Shown here: positions 51,236 through 62,120 of the stretch, in pieces
Layout: the number at the start of each line of letters is the position of its first letter
Position numbering within the stretch: position 1 is the first letter of the stretch
NCBI GenBank assembly: GCA_014729775.1
Contig: WJJJ01000031.1
Location: 7,074-71,073 of the forward strand
Source of the DNA: Candidatus Omnitrophota bacterium
GTDB lineage: Bacteria > Omnitrophota > Gorgyraeia > Duberdicusellales > 4484-171
DNA: 64,000 bases
Reading direction: 5' to 3'
The notes under the pieces: generated by a model
The model's input: the letters and a program-made list of their open reading frames with translations, nothing else
Database searches by the model: none
What the model was told of the DNA's origin: nothing
Made by a program: the position numbers and the translations under genes

Positions 51236-51266
51236 CCCTCTCCCGCAAGGGGGAGGGGTTTTTTTT
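51236..51266 (+). terminator. orphan intrinsic terminator oriented on the plus strand
   Basis: CCCTCTCCC-gcaa-GGGGGAGGG hairpin followed by eight T residues. No annotated plus-strand gene lies upstream. Confidence 0.5.
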
Positions 51267-51360
51267 GAAGGAACGCTTCCGGATGCGCTGGATCTTTGAT
51301 ACTGAATGAGAGAGACTGGAGAGAAAAAGCAGCGCACAAGATATCAACGGTTCCAAACAG

Positions 51361-51396
51361 AAAAAAAGACACGCCCCGGCAGTCGCCGGGGCGTGT
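51361..51396 (-). terminator. groEL intrinsic terminator
   Basis: Minus strand reads ACGCCCCGGC-gact-GCCGGGGCGT then GTCTTTTTTTCTG, about 30 nt after the groEL stop. Confidence 0.7.
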
Positions 51397-51426
51397 GTGT
51401 ATCACGTTTGGGGAGCGCGCGGCGGT

Positions 51427-53405
<1,979 letters not shown>

Positions 53406-53430
53406 CGATCCACCTCCTGTGTTTATGAAA

Positions 53431-53457
53431 TTAGCAATCCTGTCCCTCGAGTGCTAA
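53431..53457 (-). promoter_or_regulatory. CIRCE element (HrcA operator) in the groES 5' leader
   Basis: Minus strand reads TTAGCACTC-GAGGGACAG-GATTGCTAA against consensus TTAGCACTC-N9-GAGTGCTAA; one mismatch in the right arm. Confidence 0.8.
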
Positions 53458-53485
53458 ATTATACTCGGTCACTGTTCGTTGTCAA
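53458..53485 (-). promoter_or_regulatory. consensus sigma70 promoter TTGACA-N16-TATAAT for groESL
   Basis: Minus strand reads TTGACAACGAACAGTGACCGAGTATAAT, immediately upstream of CIRCE. Confidence 0.7.
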
Positions 53486-53504
53486 GAGATTTTCAGAAAT
53501 TTTC

Positions 53505-54260
53505 TCAAAATTTTTTGCGCGGGGGGAGTTTTCCGGCTAAGGAACGCATGCCGTGAAAGACCAAAAAAGGCTCGTAATGGGAGGGAAACTGCAGTTGCGG
53601 CATAATGTGGGGAGCGTCTCCTCCGGTAATCAGTATTGGCGCGCGGCGGTCAAAGTGCAGCCGCCGGCGGTATTTTTCGACCATCCCGTTGATCATTTCC
53701 GCAAAGCCCTCTCGGACTCCTCTGCGGATACTCTCGTCAGTATCCCGCGGGATGACCGACCTATCCCGCTGCTGTTCGGGGGGGAGCGCGATTTGCTCCG
53801 GCAGCAGCGCGCAGGAGGAAAATACGCGCAGGGTTGAACCCACGCCGGGAAGGATCAGTCCGCCTTCATACGTTCCCCGCGGAGAAAGGATGTCCATCGT
53901 GATCGCCGTGCCAAAGTCTATGACCAGCCGCGTACCCGGATGGGTTAGCGTCGCGGCATAGGCGCAGACCAGCCGGTCGATACCTACGGTACGACGGTCA
54001 TAGCGGCATTCGATCGGTACTTCGATATCCGTACCGATGAACCGGACGTTTTTTTTTAGCTTCAGAAACAGGTCTGAAATCTTCGGTACGACGGAACACA
54101 CAAGAATATTTTCGTCCGGGACCGAAGAAAAGCTTACTATGAGCGAGCGGAGCGAAACGTGTTCGGTGTCGATCGACCAGGGCGACAGCTCGGGAAAGGT
54201 ATCGTCCCGGACACAGGTAATGTGCGTGTTTCCCACATCGGCAAGTATCATAGTGTCCAA
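53505..54260 (-). CDS. coaX: type III pantothenate kinase
   Basis: N-terminal ILADVGNTHI (DxGNT) and IDFGTA motifs of the ASKHA-fold CoaX; 251 aa. Confidence 0.8.
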   Translation of the reverse strand: MDTMILADVGNTHITCVRDDTFPELSPWSIDTEHVSLRSLIVSFSSVPDENILVCSVVPKISDLFLKLKKNVRFIGTDIEVPIECRYDRRTVGIDRLVCAYAATLTHPGTRLVIDFGTAITMDILSPRGTYEGGLILPGVGSTLRVFSSCALLPEQIALPPEQQRDRSVIPRDTDESIRRGVREGFAEMINGMVEKYRRRLHFDRRAPILITGGDAPHIMPQLQFPSHYEPFLVFHGMRSLAGKLPPRKKF

Positions 54261-54303
54261 TTATATCACAATTCGGCTGTCATAAAAGTCCCGAGACCTT
54301 GGG

Positions 54304-56340
54304 TCATTTTTTTCTTCGCCTCGGCCGTACGCGCCGGGGATCCCGTGGCTTTTCCCTGCGCGGCGCCGGCTGGGCGGCCGTTTCCTGTAATTTTTTTATG
54401 CGGTCACGCAGCCGGGCGGCTTTCTCAAATTGCATGTGCTCGGCGGCCAGAAACATTTCGGTTTCCAGCTCGGCGATTTTCTCGTGAATCTGAATGTCCG
54501 GAGAGTTCAGTTCCAGGTGTTCATTGAGTGCCTCTTCGTCCCGGAGATACATTTCAATTCCTTCACGCACCGCTTTTTGAATACTGGTGGGAGTGATGCG
54601 GTAGCGCCGGTTATAGGCCAGTTGTTTTTTCCTTCTTCTGCGGCTTTCGTCTATCGCCTGGCGCATGGATTTGGTGATCGAATCGGCGTACATGACGACT
54701 TTTCCGTTCACGTTGCGCGCGCATCTTCCCGCGATTTGTATGAGCGAGGTAGCCGACCGCAGGAATCCTTCCCGGTTGGCGTCAAGGATCGCGACCAGGG
54801 ATACCTCGGGAAGGTCGAGTCCTTCGCGAAGCAGATTGATGCCGACCACTGCGTCTATCGTTTTCATCCTCAGCTCTTTGAGTATTTTTGTCCGTTCCAG
54901 GGCATCGATCTCCGAGTGCAAATAGGTTACCTTGAGTCCTTCCTGCGCTAGATAATTGCTGAGTTCTTCCGCCATTCGTTTGGTCAGCGTCGTGATCAGC
55001 GTGCGTTCATTGCGTCCGGACCGCGTTTTTACTTCTCCGATGAGATCATCGATCTGGTTCCGGACAGGTCTCACCTCTATTTCCGGATCGGGCAGTCCGG
55101 TCGGCCGGATCACCTGCTCGACGATTCTTCCCCGGGAAAGGCTCCGTTCGTACTCGGCCGGAGTGGCCGAAACGAAAATAGTGTCTTGCGTCAGTTGACT
55201 GAATTCATCATAGCGAAGCGGCCGGTTGTCGAGACATGAGGGAAGCCGGAAACCGTAACGTACCAGGGTTTCTTTTCTCGAACGGTCGCCGGCGTACATT
55301 CCTCTTATCTGAGGAATGGTGACGTGACTTTCGTCGATTACGGTGAGAAAGTCATCGGGAAAATAATCGATCAGACAGTAGGGACGCGAGCCCGGGGGGC
55401 GCCCCGAAAGATGGCGTGAATAATTTTCGATCCCGTGGCAATAACCGAATTCTTTCAGCATTTCCATGTCATACTTGACCCGTGTGCGTAAACGGTGGGC
55501 TTCGAGCGTTTTCCCATCCTTGTCCAGGACAGAAAGGCGTTCCTTCAGTTCCCTTTCGATCGTGCCCAGCGCACCGGAGATTTTCTCTTCGGCCATGATA
55601 AAATGTTTGGCGGGATAAATTCCGATTTGGGCCAGGGCGGAAATTTTTTCTCCGGTGACGCGGTTGATTTCAAAAATATGCTCGATCTCATCGGCGAAGA
55701 ATTCTATCCGGATCGCGGTTTGTTTATAGGCCGGCGCGATATCGAGCGTGTCTCCTTTTACCCGGAACGTTCCCCGCCCAAAGTCATAATCGTTTCGCTC
55801 ATATTGAAGTTCGATCAACCTCCGGATCATGTCCTCGATGCCCGTCATTTCTCCTCTACGGATATAGAGAATAAGATCCATGTAGTCGCGGGGCGAGCCG
55901 AGATTGTAGATTGCCGAAACCGAGGCCACGACGAGGACGTCCCTGCGGGATACCAGGGAACTGGTGGTGGAAAGACGGAGGCGGTCGAGCTTTTCGTTGA
56001 TGGAGGCGTCTTTCTCAATATAGGTGTCGGTATGCGGAATATAACTTTCCGGCTGGTAGTAATCGTAATAACTGACAAAATACTCCACGGCGTTGCGGGG
56101 AAAGAATTCTTTGAATTCCGAATATAACTGGCTGGCCAGGGTTTTGTTGTGGGAAATGACCAGCGTCGGGCGGTTGACGCGGGCAATGACGTTGGCCAGG
56201 GTAAACGTTTTCCCCGATCCCGTGACCCCCAACAGGGTTTGATAGCGCCGTTGGCCACGGAGTCCGCGGACAAGATCGTCAATTGCCTGGGGCTGGTCTC
56301 CGGTCGGCTGAAATGAGCTTTCTAATTTGAATGTTTTCAT
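54304..56340 (-). CDS. uvrB: excinuclease ABC subunit B
   Basis: Walker A GVTGSGKTFT, helicase motifs and a C-terminal UvrC-interaction region; 678 aa. Confidence 0.95.
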   Translation of the reverse strand: MKTFKLESSFQPTGDQPQAIDDLVRGLRGQRRYQTLLGVTGSGKTFTLANVIARVNRPTLVISHNKTLASQLYSEFKEFFPRNAVEYFVSYYDYYQPESYIPHTDTYIEKDASINEKLDRLRLSTTSSLVSRRDVLVVASVSAIYNLGSPRDYMDLILYIRRGEMTGIEDMIRRLIELQYERNDYDFGRGTFRVKGDTLDIAPAYKQTAIRIEFFADEIEHIFEINRVTGEKISALAQIGIYPAKHFIMAEEKISGALGTIERELKERLSVLDKDGKTLEAHRLRTRVKYDMEMLKEFGYCHGIENYSRHLSGRPPGSRPYCLIDYFPDDFLTVIDESHVTIPQIRGMYAGDRSRKETLVRYGFRLPSCLDNRPLRYDEFSQLTQDTIFVSATPAEYERSLSRGRIVEQVIRPTGLPDPEIEVRPVRNQIDDLIGEVKTRSGRNERTLITTLTKRMAEELSNYLAQEGLKVTYLHSEIDALERTKILKELRMKTIDAVVGINLLREGLDLPEVSLVAILDANREGFLRSATSLIQIAGRCARNVNGKVVMYADSITKSMRQAIDESRRRRKKQLAYNRRYRITPTSIQKAVREGIEMYLRDEEALNEHLELNSPDIQIHEKIAELETEMFLAAEHMQFEKAARLRDRIKKLQETAAQPAPRREKPRDPRRVRPRRRKK

Positions 56341-56379
56341 ACGCGGATGCGCCGGATAGTTTCCTGAGCGGCGGACGGA

Positions 56380-57255
56380 TCATTCCGGGATGATTTCCAG
56401 GGAAAAGTCGAACGCCGCGGGAGAATGCGTGAGCGCGCCGACGGAAATTGAATCGACGCCGGTTCGGGCGATGCGGGAGACCTGTGCGATGCGGATACCG
56501 CCGGACGCTTCCAGTTTGACCCGCGGAAAATGGCGGTCGCGCAAAGCCGCCGCTTTTTTTAGATTGGGCACGGTGAAATTATCCAGCATGATGATATCCG
56601 GCCGGCAGCGGATCACTCCTCTGAATTCGTCCATGTTTTCGACCTCAACTTCTACAGAAAGATCGCTATGCCTGCGCACGCGTTTGATCATCTCCGAAAA
56701 CTTTTTTTCATCCAGTCGTCCGTCCACCAGATATTTTCCCGCCCGGAGATGGTTGTCTTTGATCAATACCGCGCCGTCGAGGGCGGTACGGTGATTCATC
56801 CCCCCGCCGGTCCGTACCGCGTATTTTTCCAGTATTCTCAATGCGGGCGTGGTTTTACGGGTGTCCATGATACGGGTGCGGGTGCCGCGGGTTCGGTCGA
56901 CAAATGATCTGGTCATGGTCGCGATCCCGGAAAGAAGGGAGAGAAAATTGATCGCGACCCGTTCGCGGACGAGAATCGCGCGGGCTTCGCCCCGGATCCG
57001 GGCGATCGTGTCCCCTTTGGCGCAGCGCGTGCCGTCCTTTACTCCCGCGGAAAACTTCAATCTCTTTTCATGTCCCAGCATGAACGCTTCCCGGGCGGCT
57101 TTGAGTCCGCAGACAATACCGGTTTCTTTGGCGATGATCCCCGCGGTGCACCGCGCACGGGCGGGAATCGTGAGCCGGGTGGTTACATCCCGGTGGGCAC
57201 GGTCTTCCTTGAGCGCCTGCCGGATGAGAGGATGTAATATCTTATTCGAAAGCAT
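56380..57255 (-). CDS. nadC: nicotinate-nucleotide diphosphorylase (quinolinate phosphoribosyltransferase)
   Basis: NadC family layout; 291 aa. Confidence 0.85.
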   Translation of the reverse strand: MLSNKILHPLIRQALKEDRAHRDVTTRLTIPARARCTAGIIAKETGIVCGLKAAREAFMLGHEKRLKFSAGVKDGTRCAKGDTIARIRGEARAILVRERVAINFLSLLSGIATMTRSFVDRTRGTRTRIMDTRKTTPALRILEKYAVRTGGGMNHRTALDGAVLIKDNHLRAGKYLVDGRLDEKKFSEMIKRVRRHSDLSVEVEVENMDEFRGVIRCRPDIIMLDNFTVPNLKKAAALRDRHFPRVKLEASGGIRIAQVSRIARTGVDSISVGALTHSPAAFDFSLEIIPE

Positions 57256-59962
57256 TCTTTAATTCTTTGAGCCGGGTTAACTGCCCGGATAACTGTCCGT
57301 GCTTGAGACGTTCTTTCTCTACCGCTTCCGGAGGGGCATTGTGGAGAAAGCGTTCGTTCCGGAGCATTTTTGCCGATTTCTGTACCACTTTTTCCAGGTT
57401 CGCGACCTTTTTTTTCAGCGTCGCCAGGTAGGTGCTGAAATCCGTATCTCCTTCGGCGATATTCAGTATCCAACGCGGGCCCTTATAGAGTGTTCTTTTC
57501 AGTCCGTCCCGAAACTCAATGTGTTCGATAAACGCCAGCTTTTTAATCCAGTCCAGATTCTCTTCCCATACGTCGCGGGCTTCTCCGGCGGTGACTTCAA
57601 GGGAGACCTTTTTATTTCCCATCCCCAGGTCTGATTTAATGTTGCGGATCTCACGGATCGTGTCCAGGAGTTGCTCCATGTCCCGTTTCCGGCCGCGGTC
57701 CCACTCGCCGGAGAGCTTTTGCGGCCACGGTTCTCGGATGATCCGTCTCCGGATGAGTGAACCGAGCTGTTCCCGGATCAGCTGATAAATCTTTTCGGTG
57801 AGGAACGGGATGAAGGGATGGAGCAGTTTCAGTGAGTTGAGCAGTACCAGGATTACGATTTTCGCGCGGGCCGGAGAAAAGTGTACCTTCGCGATCTCCA
57901 CGTACCAGTCGCAGTACTGGTGCCAGAAAAACTCATAGATTGATTTTGCGGCTTCGTTATAGCGGTAGCTCTCAATATTGGTTTCCACGGCCTCGATGGC
58001 GCCGTTCATTTCCCGGAGGATCCACTCGTCGGCCGCACCGTCACAATGGCAGGAAAGATCGCAGAGCTCGATGCCCTCCTCTTCTATTTTACCGAGCAGG
58101 AACCGCGCGGCGTTCCATATCTTGTTGCAGAAGTTGCGCCCGACCAGGAATTTCTCGTCGGAGAGGAATACGTCGGAGCCGCTGGCGGCCAGCATCATCA
58201 GCGAAAAACGGAGGGCGTCGGCGCCGAACTTTTCGATAATCTCGAGCGGATCGATTACGTTGCCCAGCGACTTCGACATCTTGATCCCCTTCTCGTCCCG
58301 GACCGTCCCGTGAATGACGACGTCGCTGAACGGAATATTCTGCTGGAATTCCAGGCCGGCCATGATCATCCGCGCCACCCAGAAAAACAGGATTTCGGAA
58401 CCGGTCACCAGCGTATTGGTGGGATAGAAAAACTGTAGTTCTTTTTGCTGGTCGTGGATGGGGGATTCCTGCTCCCGGGAGAACGGCCAGCCGAAGGTGG
58501 CGAACGGCCACAGCCAGGAGGAAAACCAGGTGTCGAGCACGTCGGGGTCCTGAATGAGCTTCGTGCCGCCGCAGTCGGGACACTTTTCCGGTTTTTCTTT
58601 GGCCGCGATCACCCCGCGCTGCGATTCATCTCCTTTATCCTGCCGCTTACCCGTTGCCTCTGACTGCGTGTTTATACATTCCTGGCAGTACCAGACCGGG
58701 ATACGGTGACCCCACCAGATCTGGCGGGAGATGCACCAGTCCTGAATATTTTCCATCCAGTTGAGATAGACTTTTTTCCAGCGGTCGGGATAAAAACGGA
58801 CCTTTTCCCGTGTGACTACTTCGACCGCCGGTTCCGACAGCGGTTTCATTCTCACGAACCATTGGAGCGAGAGCCGAGGTTCGATGATCGTGTCACAGCG
58901 GTAGCAGCGGCCCGCGCTCACTTGGTAAGATTCTTTTTTGGCGAGGAGCCCTTCCTCTTTGAGCCGGGCGAGGAGTTCTTTGCGCGCGGTGAACCGGTCT
59001 TTTCCGGCGAACGGTCCGGCATTCTCATTCAATACCGCGTCCTCATGCATGATATTGATTGAGTCCAGGCCATGCGTTTTGCCCATGAGAAAGTCCGCCG
59101 GGTCGTGGGCAGGGGTGACCTTGACCACTCCCGTACCGAAATCCGGGTCCACGGCGTCGTCTTCGATCACCGGGAGTTTCCTGTTCAGAACCGGCAGGAT
59201 GACTTCGGCGTCTTTGAGCCAGCGGTAGCGGGCATCGCCTGGATTGACCGCCACGGCGGTGTCGCCGAGCATCGTTTCCGGCCGGGTCGTTGCCACCGTG
59301 ATGTATTTTTCTTGTTCCTTATTTCTTCCGTCCTGCCCCTTCGCTCTCACCGGATATTTAATGTGGTACAGCCATCCGTCGAGTTCCTTATGGGCGGCTT
59401 CCTCGTCGCTGAGTGCGGTCCGGCAGCGCGGGCACCAGTTGATAATGTAATTTCCCCGGTAGATCAATCCTTTTCTATACAGCCGGAGAAATACCTCGTT
59501 CACCGCCTCACTGTAGGATTCGTCCATGGTGAACCGGGTCCGCTCCCAGTCGCAGCTGGCCCCCAGTTTTTTGAGCTGATTGATGATGGTTGAGCCGTAC
59601 TGCTGCCGCCATTGCCATAACCGCTCGGTGAATTTTTCCCGGCCGAGGTCTTCTTTACGCTTTCCCTCTTTGGCCAGTTGTTTTTCCACCACATTCTGCG
59701 TGGCGATCCCGGCGTGGTCGGTGCCCGGCATCCAGAGCGCCTCCCGTCCCTTCATGCGGTGGTAACGGATCAATACGTCCTGCAGGGTATTGTTGAGCGC
59801 GTGTCCCATGTGCAGGATCCCGGTGACGTTCGGCGGCGGGATGACGATCGTATAGGGCGGTTTCCCGGAATCGGCTGAAGCCCGGAAATCGCCGCGCGCT
59901 TCCCACATCCGAAAGATATCCGTTTCGAAGTCTTTCGGGTTGTATTTCTTAGGGATATTCAT
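57242..59962 (-). CDS. valS: valine--tRNA ligase
   Basis: HMGH and KMSKS motifs, editing domain and C-terminal coiled coil; 906 aa. Confidence 0.95.
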   Translation of the reverse strand: MNIPKKYNPKDFETDIFRMWEARGDFRASADSGKPPYTIVIPPPNVTGILHMGHALNNTLQDVLIRYHRMKGREALWMPGTDHAGIATQNVVEKQLAKEGKRKEDLGREKFTERLWQWRQQYGSTIINQLKKLGASCDWERTRFTMDESYSEAVNEVFLRLYRKGLIYRGNYIINWCPRCRTALSDEEAAHKELDGWLYHIKYPVRAKGQDGRNKEQEKYITVATTRPETMLGDTAVAVNPGDARYRWLKDAEVILPVLNRKLPVIEDDAVDPDFGTGVVKVTPAHDPADFLMGKTHGLDSINIMHEDAVLNENAGPFAGKDRFTARKELLARLKEEGLLAKKESYQVSAGRCYRCDTIIEPRLSLQWFVRMKPLSEPAVEVVTREKVRFYPDRWKKVYLNWMENIQDWCISRQIWWGHRIPVWYCQECINTQSEATGKRQDKGDESQRGVIAAKEKPEKCPDCGGTKLIQDPDVLDTWFSSWLWPFATFGWPFSREQESPIHDQQKELQFFYPTNTLVTGSEILFFWVARMIMAGLEFQQNIPFSDVVIHGTVRDEKGIKMSKSLGNVIDPLEIIEKFGADALRFSLMMLAASGSDVFLSDEKFLVGRNFCNKIWNAARFLLGKIEEEGIELCDLSCHCDGAADEWILREMNGAIEAVETNIESYRYNEAAKSIYEFFWHQYCDWYVEIAKVHFSPARAKIVILVLLNSLKLLHPFIPFLTEKIYQLIREQLGSLIRRRIIREPWPQKLSGEWDRGRKRDMEQLLDTIREIRNIKSDLGMGNKKVSLEVTAGEARDVWEENLDWIKKLAFIEHIEFRDGLKRTLYKGPRWILNIAEGDTDFSTYLATLKKKVANLEKVVQKSAKMLRNERFLHNAPPEAVEKERLKHGQLSGQLTRLKELKNAFE

Positions 59963-60153
59963 CGTGAATTACTTTACCGGGGAAAGAGGGAAGTGTCAAG
60001 ATATTCGTAGATAGACGCACCTCCACCTTACCGTGAATGGTACTGTCCGGGAAGTATCTTTTGGGAGCTGAGCGCCTTTCTCAGCACATGCAGGGAGTTT
60101 CGGCTGTGCGCCGATGCCGCCGGCCGCTGCTCATTTACCGCCGGAACCAATGT

Positions 60154-60795
60154 TTAGTTCACCAGCCAGATTTCTCCTTCCTGAGGGTTGATCGGGTCGC
60201 CGTTTCTCGGCCGGATACGGATACGTCCTACGTTTACCCGTCCCGTATCGCTGTCGATTTCCACCACATTGGTTAATCCTGCACCGGAACGCAGTACCGT
60301 CAGGTCACCCATCAGCCGGACGTTTTGGGAATCGTCAAGCTGCATGTACATCCCATAGGAGGGTTCCGATTGGGCGAAAGGAAAGTAGAAGTTCATTTTA
60401 TCTGTATCCTTCATATTGAACGCGTATTTCGCCCCATCGAAGTCTTCTAAAATGAAACGCGGAAAGTTGTTGTTATTACTGTCGCGGTTTTCCTTGATGT
60501 GAAGTTCCGATTCGGGAGCGTCGGTTCCGATCCCGATTCTACCCGCGACCCACAGGTCTCCCCGGGCATGACGGTCGGCGAGATCAGGAGCTTGCGGCGC
60601 GTCGGATTCATCAATTACGTCATCGTTGTTCATATCCCCGATGCCCATCGATCCCGTGACCAGCCGCTGATACACGCCGAACGGTGACGGGTAATAGGTG
60701 GTGAACGTGATAGTTTCCTGGTTTTCACCGCCGAAAGCCATCATTGCAGGAACGCATAAAAGCATAGTGACAAAAATAGTAAACACGTAACGCAT
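60154..60795 (-). CDS. secreted protein with conserved N-terminal TITFTTYYPSPFGVY motif; beta-rich, tail-fiber-like
   Basis: Signal peptide MRYVFTIFVTMLLCVPAMMAFG. The mature N-terminus is shared with the next gene. Contains an IGIGTDAPESELHIK-type motif. RBS GGGGGAGG. Confidence 0.6.
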   Translation of the reverse strand: MRYVFTIFVTMLLCVPAMMAFGGENQETITFTTYYPSPFGVYQRLVTGSMGIGDMNNDDVIDESDAPQAPDLADRHARGDLWVAGRIGIGTDAPESELHIKENRDSNNNNFPRFILEDFDGAKYAFNMKDTDKMNFYFPFAQSEPSYGMYMQLDDSQNVRLMGDLTVLRSGAGLTNVVEIDSDTGRVNVGRIRIRPRNGDPINPQEGEIWLVN

Positions 60796-60915
60796 ATTTC
60801 CTCCCCCTTTTCAGAAAGTTCCGTGTCCCTTTCTAAATCCCCTTATGTATACCATATAAGTGTACCACATTTTTTGCCAAAAAAAAAGTTTTGTCCGCCG
60901 TTACGCGCCTTTCGT

Positions 60916-61998
60916 TTACCACCCGAACGCGATCCAGGAATAAGGACGGCTTTTGGTGTTGTAATCGGTTTCAAACCCGTTTTTCAGCAGGCGTATTCCG
61001 CTGTGGTGATAGGGCGGGTTCGGGTGAGGATTATCATATCCTTCGGCGTCCTTGATGTATTGAGGCGTCCATTTGTATCCCCCGCCCCACATGGTGCCGG
61101 AGGTAGGCCAGGCCTCCATTTTCAAGGTGAGGTTATCGGACCAGGCTTCGGGGCCCTGTCCGTGGGGCAGAAGCATGACAATTTTCGGTTTAAATCCGAC
61201 GTCTATAGTTCGCCACCCTCCACCGCTGCCGGTATAGATCCCCGAGTTCATCTGTACGTTGCTGGTGCCGCTTACCGGGCCCCAGACTGTTCCGTTACAG
61301 AACTCCATTATTTTTGAGGTTGAGTTGTAGCGCATCGTACCGGCTTTGGCAGCGGTACAGGTGTCGCTATCATCGCTGATCTTCACGCCGCCGCGCACGT
61401 CGAGTTTCGCCTGCGGGGTGCCGGATCCGGTGGTCATTCCGATCCCGACGCTCTCATTGTTCCCGTCGAGCATGAGGACGTTATGGTGCAGTACTATTCC
61501 GTCTTTTAGTCCCAGGTTGAAATTCAGTTTTCGGGGGCCTTCATGTGATGCGGTACCGCTGTTGAATACGTTCCAATGGGTATTGGTGCTTAAATCCTGA
61601 AAGGATATAGCGGCTCTTCCGAACCCTGGCTGGTTCGATTCGTTGCCCCGGATTACGATGCCGGAAGGGAAGGTAGTATCGTTACTGGAAACGGTCAGGC
61701 GCGCATTCCCTGTCGGGGCGTAACCGCCGATTACCGCGCTGCCCTCGACGACGAAATCAATGTCCTGGAATTGCGTACCGCTGATCTGCTGCGGACACTC
61801 TTCTTCCCAGCAGTACTGGTCATTCTGATAGTAGTTTTCCCCGACGACCATCCGCTGGCTGCGCAGTTCCCTATACACCCCGTAGGGCGAAGGATAATAG
61901 GTGGTGAAGGTGATCGTTTCTTCGTTGGATTGAGCGCTTCCGGTCACCGCCGGCATGCACAAGAACACACCGAGAAAAAGAATTCCCAAAGTACGCAT
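60916..61998 (-). CDS. secreted protein paralogous to the previous gene, with a Cys-containing RYN...EFCNGTVW tail-fiber-like region
   Basis: Start MRTLGILFLGVFLCMPAVTGSAQS preceded by AAAGGAGG. Mature N-terminus is ETITFTTYYPSPYGVY. Contains VGIGMTTGSGTPQAKLDV ... RYNSTSKIMEFCNGTVW. Confidence 0.6.
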   Translation of the reverse strand: MRTLGILFLGVFLCMPAVTGSAQSNEETITFTTYYPSPYGVYRELRSQRMVVGENYYQNDQYCWEEECPQQISGTQFQDIDFVVEGSAVIGGYAPTGNARLTVSSNDTTFPSGIVIRGNESNQPGFGRAAISFQDLSTNTHWNVFNSGTASHEGPRKLNFNLGLKDGIVLHHNVLMLDGNNESVGIGMTTGSGTPQAKLDVRGGVKISDDSDTCTAAKAGTMRYNSTSKIMEFCNGTVWGPVSGTSNVQMNSGIYTGSGGGWRTIDVGFKPKIVMLLPHGQGPEAWSDNLTLKMEAWPTSGTMWGGGYKWTPQYIKDAEGYDNPHPNPPYHHSGIRLLKNGFETDYNTKSRPYSWIAFGW

Positions 61999-62120
61999 AA
62001 CGCCCTCCTTTCCGTATCGAATCTTTGCACTATTGAGTACCATATAATTCTACCATATATTTTTCGAAAAATGGAGCAGGGATCAAGTCTGCCGTTTTGG
62101 AGTGGAGGATTCCCTCGTGC

